From NCBI GenBank assembly GCA_024626585.2, contig JANKJI020000002.1, forward strand, positions 135,820,998 through 135,837,212: DNA of 16,215 bases. Direction: 5' to 3'. Below are positions 10,326 through 16,215 of this stretch, piece after piece. Source of the stretch: Ginkgo biloba (taxonomy: Eukaryota; Plantae; Ginkgophyta). The notes under the pieces are model-generated. The model was not told where the DNA came from. It ran no database searches and saw only the letters and a list, made by a program, of their open reading frames with translations. Position numbers and translations under genes: made by a program. The first letter of the stretch is position 1. Each line of letters opens with the position of its first letter.

Positions 10326-10710
10326 GGAAAAACTCGTAGTCTAACATTTCACCGAACACAATTCTTTGAACATCCTCATTTCCACAAAAATTTCAAAATT
10401 GTGTATCCCTCTACCCCCTTGAAAATTTTCATTTCTTGCCCATGGAAGACCTTGCCAATTTAGGCGACAGGAGAATATTATGCTCCTGCAATAGTTTCTT
10501 CAATGCTACATTCTCTTCCTTTAATTCCTTTTCAGTTTGACTCATTTCCTGAATAACCTCTACAACTTTTAATATAATGATTTGGCATCATTTNNNNNNN
10601 NNNNNNNNNNNNNNNNNNNNNNNNNNNNNNNNNNNNNNNNNNNNNNNNNNNNNNNNNNNNNNNNNNNNNNNNNNNNNNNNNNNNNNNNNNNNNGGATCAC
10701 CTCACTAGGT

Positions 10711-10870
10711 CACCTCACTCTCAAGGAGACTTTTTCTACCTAGCGCAATATGACACCTTGTCCTCAAGTGGACTTTTGGCATTACATAATGAACATTGCC
10801 TCACTCTAAGGAGGATTGTTAGCCTTATATGTTTGACATCGCCTCACCTTCAAGGGGACTTTTGATCTCA
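10711..10870. repeat. 43-bp minisatellite, about 4 units
   Basis: CCTCAC..TCAAGG.GACTTTT-like units at 10713, 10756, 10799 and 10842 (exact 43-bp spacing). The array abuts a gap. Confidence 0.8.
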
Positions 10871-11009
10871 CTTTTTCAACCTTTCAGCATGATAGGGAAT
10901 GGACATGTTCTCCATTAATCAAGATACTATCTACTCCCAATAGCATTATAACCAAGCACCCAACCAAATAGAACACTCTACCTTAGTTATCATTTGTATA
11001 ACGTAGTCA

Positions 11010-11635
11010 TGAAGGAGAGTGAAATGCGATGTATCATGATGTATAGCCTTCAATGATATAAATCATTGTATCAACAAATAAGGCACCTTTTATTTACCAT
11101 TTGATCTATGCAGTTGCACCAACACGTAGGGCTACCTGGGAGCATAAACCAACTCGCTAGATTCATGAAATACATTCTAGCAACAATGTACAAGTAGTGT
11201 GTAAGAAAGTTCAACGTTCACCAACACGTACACATTCCTTCGCATAACCATTCTATAAAATTCTTTGTCCTCCAAAGGCATCACAACCTGTACAACAATC
11301 TATATCATCAGTAAAACATAACAAAGAAAATATTTAAAATCATTTGTACAACCTACCAAGGCATAAAGAAGAATTCTCGCCATTAACGGTACATATAGTA
11401 ATATGCAAGGGTACTCTAGAGCCAATGCCATTTCATTAGAGTTATTGTACCAACAAATAGAAGCCATGTACAATTGCATTTAATGTTCAACACCATACAA
11501 CTATGCGCCTCACACAACAATTCTGTAGAACTCTTCTTTTTAAATGGCATATTATCCTCTACAACTGTATGTGCCATCAATGCAACTAAAAGAAACCTTT
11601 CACAAGATGTGAATAGTCTATTGAGGCATAACGAC
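11010..11635. repeat. Unidentified dispersed repeat, copy 2, with internal ~270-bp period
   Basis: Colinear with 3640-4222. 11247-11370 recurs in diverged form at 11517-11630 (ATTCTrTArAAyTCTT..GGCAT..CATCA..AGGCATAA). Confidence 0.6.
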
Positions 11636-11854
11636 TGAATTTTGGATTTAGCATTGGATAAGTTTTATGCATTTGGCATACTTTCTAATGAGCTAGCAAG
11701 GGCTCAAGGACTTGTAGGACGGTCTATAGTACAACCATTGGGGACTTGCAAGCCTTAGAGGGCTTCACATTTTATAGGGGGCTATGACCATGTGGAATCC
11801 TTTTTGTAAGGATTTATTTATTTTATCCTACTTTTATTACAAGTTTTTCCTTAC

Positions 11855-11966
11855 TGTTAGTTTTCTCCTATGTCGCACAATCTCCACCATCCATATTTTT
11901 AGAAGGAATCCTTGCATGGATAAATTTCTTAGTTATTGGATGGTTGCATAGACTTAGTAACTAAAG
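11855..11966 (+). mobile_element. Partial LTR (family B), copy upstream of gag
   Basis: TTTCTCCTATG..TCTCCAC.ATCCATATTTTTAGAAGGA.TCCTTGCATGGATAAA..TAACTAAAG matches 13973-14081, then runs into a gap. The LTR may begin further left (as far as ~11636). Confidence 0.75.
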
Positions 11967-12366
11967 NNNNNNNNNNNNNNNNNNNNNNNNNNNNNNNNNN
12001 NNNNNNNNNNNNNNNNNNNNNNNNNNNNNNNNNNNNNNNNNNNNNNNNNNNNNNNNNNNNNNNNNNNNNNNNNNNNNNTGCTCCTTCTGCATGGCCCTCT
12101 TTTTCCTCCCTCTATCCTAGTGGCGACAAGTTAGAAAAGCCTACTTTCATTGGATTTTTCCACCATGCTCCGCCTTTTCGAGAGGTGCATAGCAAAACAA
12201 AGCAAGCTCTTTATTTCTTTCCTAGAGATGTATAAAACTGGATTTTTTCCCAATAGTACCTATGATGGCATTGCTATCCTTTTCCTCCCTATTCATATCT
12301 TCCAAAACGGGTGTCACCCCAACAAAATTAGACTATTTCTAATTTATTATGTATTNNNNNNNNNNC

Positions 12367-13976
12367 AAACTCCTATATGAGGTATATGCTATTAAATGGG
12401 TTGTTAGGCCTTAGAGGTTCATAACAGAAGCAAGAGAATTAACCTCCAATTACCTCTTGGTTGGAGTTCAAAAAGGAATTGAAATATCATTTTTATCCCC
12501 TTGGCTATGAGGATGAATTGAACCTAAAGTGGTAGCACTTGCATTAGAAGACAAAACAACCTCTTGAAGATTATTATGAGGAGTTACAGGATTTATCCAT
12601 CAAATTGAAGATTAAGGAACCAAAGGAAAAGATGGTTCTCAAGTTCATAGGAGGTCTATAGTATCAACTTAGACATAAGAGAGAACTATTTCCCCTCCAT
12701 TCCATGCAAGAAGCTTTAAGATTTGCTTCCAAGGTTGAAGCACGAAAGAGAACTCCACAAACCTTTTAGGGAAAGAGCAAACCAAAAACAACTGCCTCCA
12801 CCTCATCATCTTATAACAAAGATAAGAAGAAACAAAGTTTTGATTGCAACAAGAAGTATGGACACTGTAAGAAGACCGAGCATGATGAAGCAAATTGCTA
12901 CAAATTACATCCTGAGAAGGCACTGAGGTCACTTCATCAAAGGAACCAGATGGGTAGGAGGAACATTCCTAAAGTGTCCATCACATCGAATGAACATGAT
13001 CTTTCAATTGCACTTGTCAACCCCAAGACTAGCGACAAGGAAAGGGAAAAGATTTTTACATTAAAGCTTCAAATAAAGGACATGGTTATCTCTATAATTA
13101 TGAACAATGGAAGCCATAAAAACTTAGTTTCTGCAGCTATAGTGAAGCAATTGGGACTTGACAAGAGCCTTACGAAATCAACAGCAAAACCAAGGAAGAT
13201 AGTGACTAGTTCACTAAACAAGGCACTTTCAAATATGCAATCACTAAACTATTTGTAAATAAGATAACCTGTGCTATTGTTCCCATGGACTACACTAGTG
13301 TTTTACTAGGCATTCCATTCCTACATGATAGGAAAGTTGAGATAACTCCCTATGAAGGAGAATGTGTATTGATCAAGGATGGTGAGCCCATCATGATCAC
13401 ATTTGTTCCTATAGCAAAAACCACCACCATCTTAGTTAATAGCTCTCAAGCTAAACAATTGGTTCCGACATCCTAAAAATTTGTGTTAATCATGCTAAGG
13501 AACTACCTTGAGTCAAATTCGGAGACTCAAGAGCAATTGCAAACTATTATCTATAATGTGACCCAAGACAAACAAATTAAGGGAATTTTGAAGGAGTGTG
13601 AAGATGTCTTTAAAGCTCAACATGGCCTTCATCCTAAAAGGGCTATATCTCACGCCACTAACTTAGTTCCAAGAGCTCCATTGCCTAATGGAGTACTTTA
13701 CAAAAAGTTAGTGCTAAAGAATGAAGAAATAAAGAGACAATTATAGAGTTATTGGAGAACGGGCGCATAAAGCCAAGTGCCTCTCCATGTGGGTCACAAG
13801 TCATCTTAGTGCGAAAGAAGGATGGAACGTGGTGAATGTGCATCAACTTCAAAGCTATCAACAAAATTACAGTCAAGGGTCAATACCCCCTTCCTCACAT
13901 TGAAGATCTTCTCAACTAATTGCAGGAAGACAAGTATTTCAATAAGATAGATTTGAACTATGGCTACCATCAAGTA
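12367..13976 (+). pseudogene. Ty3/gypsy chromovirus (CRM-like) gag-protease-RT pseudogene, truncated in RT
   Basis: Gag: ITSWLEFKKELKYHFYPLGYEDELNLKW*HLH*...MVLKFIGGL. Decayed zinc knuckle YGHCKKTEHDEANC-YKLHP (12857-12898). PR: IIMNNGSHKNLVS (D read as N, 13103) and VLLGIPFLHDR. RT: IKPSASPCGSQVILVRKKDGTW*MCINFKAINKITVKGQYPLPHIEDLLN*L..YFNKIDLNYGYHQV. Many stops and frameshifts. The clade assignment is an inference. Confidence 0.93.
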
Positions 13977-14812
13977 TTTCTCCTATGCAACAGAGTCTCC
14001 ACTATCCATATTTTTAGAAGGACTCCTTGCATGGATAAAGTCCTCAGTTAATGAATGGCTACAAGGACTTGGTAACTAAAGGACTCCTCACATGGCTAGA
14101 AAGTCCTCAGTTGGTGAAATTGTTGCTTGACCTTAGCTCTACATGGGCAAGCAACAATTTTTACCATGGCTCTTCTATTTAAGAAAGTCTTGGTCTTTGT
14201 AATTCATATGATGTATTCATTGTATTCTCGTACTAGTTTATTCTTGAGTTAAAAGGATTCCTCCAATCTCAAAGAAGCTTAATACAATTATTCTTATTCT
14301 GTCCAAACTACTCTTCTTCTTTTCTCTTGTGCTTCCATCGATTCTCTTTCATAAGCCACGTGTTTACTTTGAGATTCTGTCTTTCAAGAGTGTGGAAGTT
14401 AAACTTGTTTATGCAGGATTCAAAGTTCAATGTCAAAATTCAAGCATCGATTCATATGCAAAAATTTACACGTGTGGAGAAGAAGATTTAGTAGTTTTTC
14501 GACATCCAGGAAAACTTGTGACATCACAACTTTTTCAAAAAAAGTTGCAGCACAGTAGGAAAAGCCATGGCGCTTTTAAGGAAACACGCATCGTCTATTA
14601 TAAACGTCACACCTTTTTCTTCCACAAAATTTTTCAAGAACTAGAGTGGTATTTCAATCCTTAACAAAGATGACAATAGTCACCTAGATCAATAGAAGCC
14701 TCCTATTAACTAAAATGGATGTGAGAAGCAATATCTTGATTGTTCTTGGAGTTTCCTAATGCTTCCGCAACTCCAAGGGGTTCTACCTTATAAATTCGTC
14801 TCTAAGGATACA
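13973..14812 (+). mobile_element. LTR (family B), 5'-truncated
   Basis: Homologous to 11855-11966 and 15155-15452. TATA-like TATTTAA at 14176-14182. Ends GGATACA, followed by a PBS. No TG at the left junction. Confidence 0.8.
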
Positions 14813-14817
14813 TTTAT

Positions 14818-14829
14818 TGGCATCAGAGC
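14818..14829 (+). promoter_or_regulatory. Primer-binding site, tRNA-Met-like (TGGCATCAGAGC)
   Basis: One mismatch from TGGTATCAGAGC, 5 nt after the terminal CA at 14812. Confidence 0.75.
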
Positions 14830-15154
14830 ATATTTCTCTTTGGGGAGAGGAGTTTGAATTTGCGTCCTTTGTCCACTTTTTCTTTCTATTTTCTTCTTAT
14901 GGTTAATACAAGGGCCATGTCTACGACTCCAAACCTAGATATGTGTAACAATGTTGTGTCAAAGAAAGGAAATTTGGGGATTAGCTTCAGTGCTTCCAAC
15001 TAATCCCTTTACAGTAGGATTGTCCTCAGAAAACGAAAGGGATCAACTCAACCANNNNNNNNNNNNNNNNNNNNNNNNNNNNNNNNNNNNNNNNNNNNNN
15101 NNNNNNNNNNNNNNNNNNNNNNNNNNNNNNNNNNNNNNNNNNNNNNNNNNNNNN

Positions 15155-15452
15155 TGATGTATTCATTGTATTCTCATGCCAATTTATTCTTGAGTTGGAA
15201 GGATTCCTCCCATCTCAAAGAGGCTTCATACAATTATTCTCATTCTGTCCAAACTCTTCTTCTTCTTCTTCTTTTCTCTTGTGCTTACATAGATTCTCTT
15301 TTATAAGCCATGCATTTACTTTGAGATTATGTCTTTGAAAAGATTGGAAGTCAAACTTGTTTGTGTAGGATTCAGAGATCATTGTCAAAATCCTAGCATC
15401 AATTCACATGCAAAAATTTGCACGTGTGGAGAAGAAGATTAGACAATTTTTC
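15155..15452 (+). mobile_element. Partial LTR (family B), third copy
   Basis: Aligns to 14209-~14500 with many substitutions (roughly 80-85% by eye) and a longer CTT run. Similarity stops at ~15452. Confidence 0.85.
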
Positions 15453-16215
15453 TGTTACAGCTCAAAAAAGTCAAGTTACTTCATTAACTGGCTCAAGAAA
15501 GGTTACTTCGTTATCCACATTAAAACCAAAGGTTTCCTTGGAGGCTAGAACATGTGTTCTAGAGTTCTTGTTGAGCACTCCTGAAAAGGTCATTATGAGA
15601 GAAAAAGGTAACAAGAGGTTACCTAGGTAGGTGTGCCAGTTAAGGGTGCTCCCTTCTAAAGGGTAGTGGCAACTACTAAGATAACCCCTAAGGGCTTCTT
15701 GAAGTTACCAGAAGCTTCAAGGGTGGTTAGGCTCTTATGTGGGGTTAGGTGCCTCTCCTACAACATATATATGAGTGATTTTTGTTTTGAGGACATTATC
15801 TAGGCATCATCGTGGAGTTGTGATGAAAGCAACCTATCTAGATTGTATTTGTTATGATGTGATGGTTGATTTGTGCCTCTATTGAAAGTAGCTATAGCTA
15901 GGCACCGTCTACTTTCTACATACCTGAAGTGGTGTGACTTGCTTTATGACCCCCTTTTTTGCNNNNNNNNNNNNNNNNNNNNTCGCTAGAGGAAAACATC
16001 CTATTGTGGTTATGGAGGGAGGATGACTTTGTTGGAGACATTAAGAGGTGTTTTTGCAACTTTCTAAGGCCCAATAAACTATTTTAAGGAAGTCGCAACA
16101 CTTTCTAGGGCTAGCGACTGGTTTATGTACATGCAATGCGCCTTGTTTTGCATTTAATTTGAGTCGTTGCACTTGGGAGACCTCTGAATTGACATTCTAC
16201 AGAATTTACAAGTTC
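15453..16215 (+). mobile_element. Possible different LTR inserted into the family B LTR
   Basis: TGTTAC begins where family B homology ends. Non-coding, with TATA-like TATATATGAG near 15767. The other end is not identified. Confidence 0.35.

Noticed and set aside
14329-14664. 111-aa ORF
   Set aside because: Lies inside LTR B, starts at GTG, has no recognisable motif, and the homologous copy at 15288 onward hits an early stop (GTG CTT ACA TAG).

Overview
AT-rich eukaryotic DNA with many scaffold gaps. It reads as a nested graveyard of decayed retroelements, most like heterochromatin of a large-genome land plant (gymnosperm-like motifs; the host is my inference). I found no intact host gene, RNA gene or CRISPR array. 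Manual translation across stops and frameshifts supports: (1) L1-type LINE ORF2 remnants on + (RT region ~1911-2690, split by a solo LTR; zf-RVT/RNase H-like/3'UTR/A-tail ~4838-5989); (2) two copies of a ~262-bp LTR (597-858, followed by a tRNA-iMet PBS; 2297-2559, solo); (3) a non-chromovirus (Athila/Tat-like) Ty3/gypsy derivative ~6900-8723 in which protease runs almost directly into the integrase C-terminus, with no RT, RNase H or integrase core; (4) a chromovirus (CRM-like) gag-PR-RT pseudogene 12367-13976, cut at RT motif GYHQV by an LTR followed by a PBS, with two more partial copies of that LTR; (5) several minisatellites and two diverged copies of an unidentified repeat (~3640-4222 and ~11010-11635). 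Most ORFs in the supplied track are fragments of these or spurious. I see no convincing new biological system. The best leads are the internally deleted gypsy derivative, its hairpin array, and the LTR architecture. All identities quoted are by-eye estimates.
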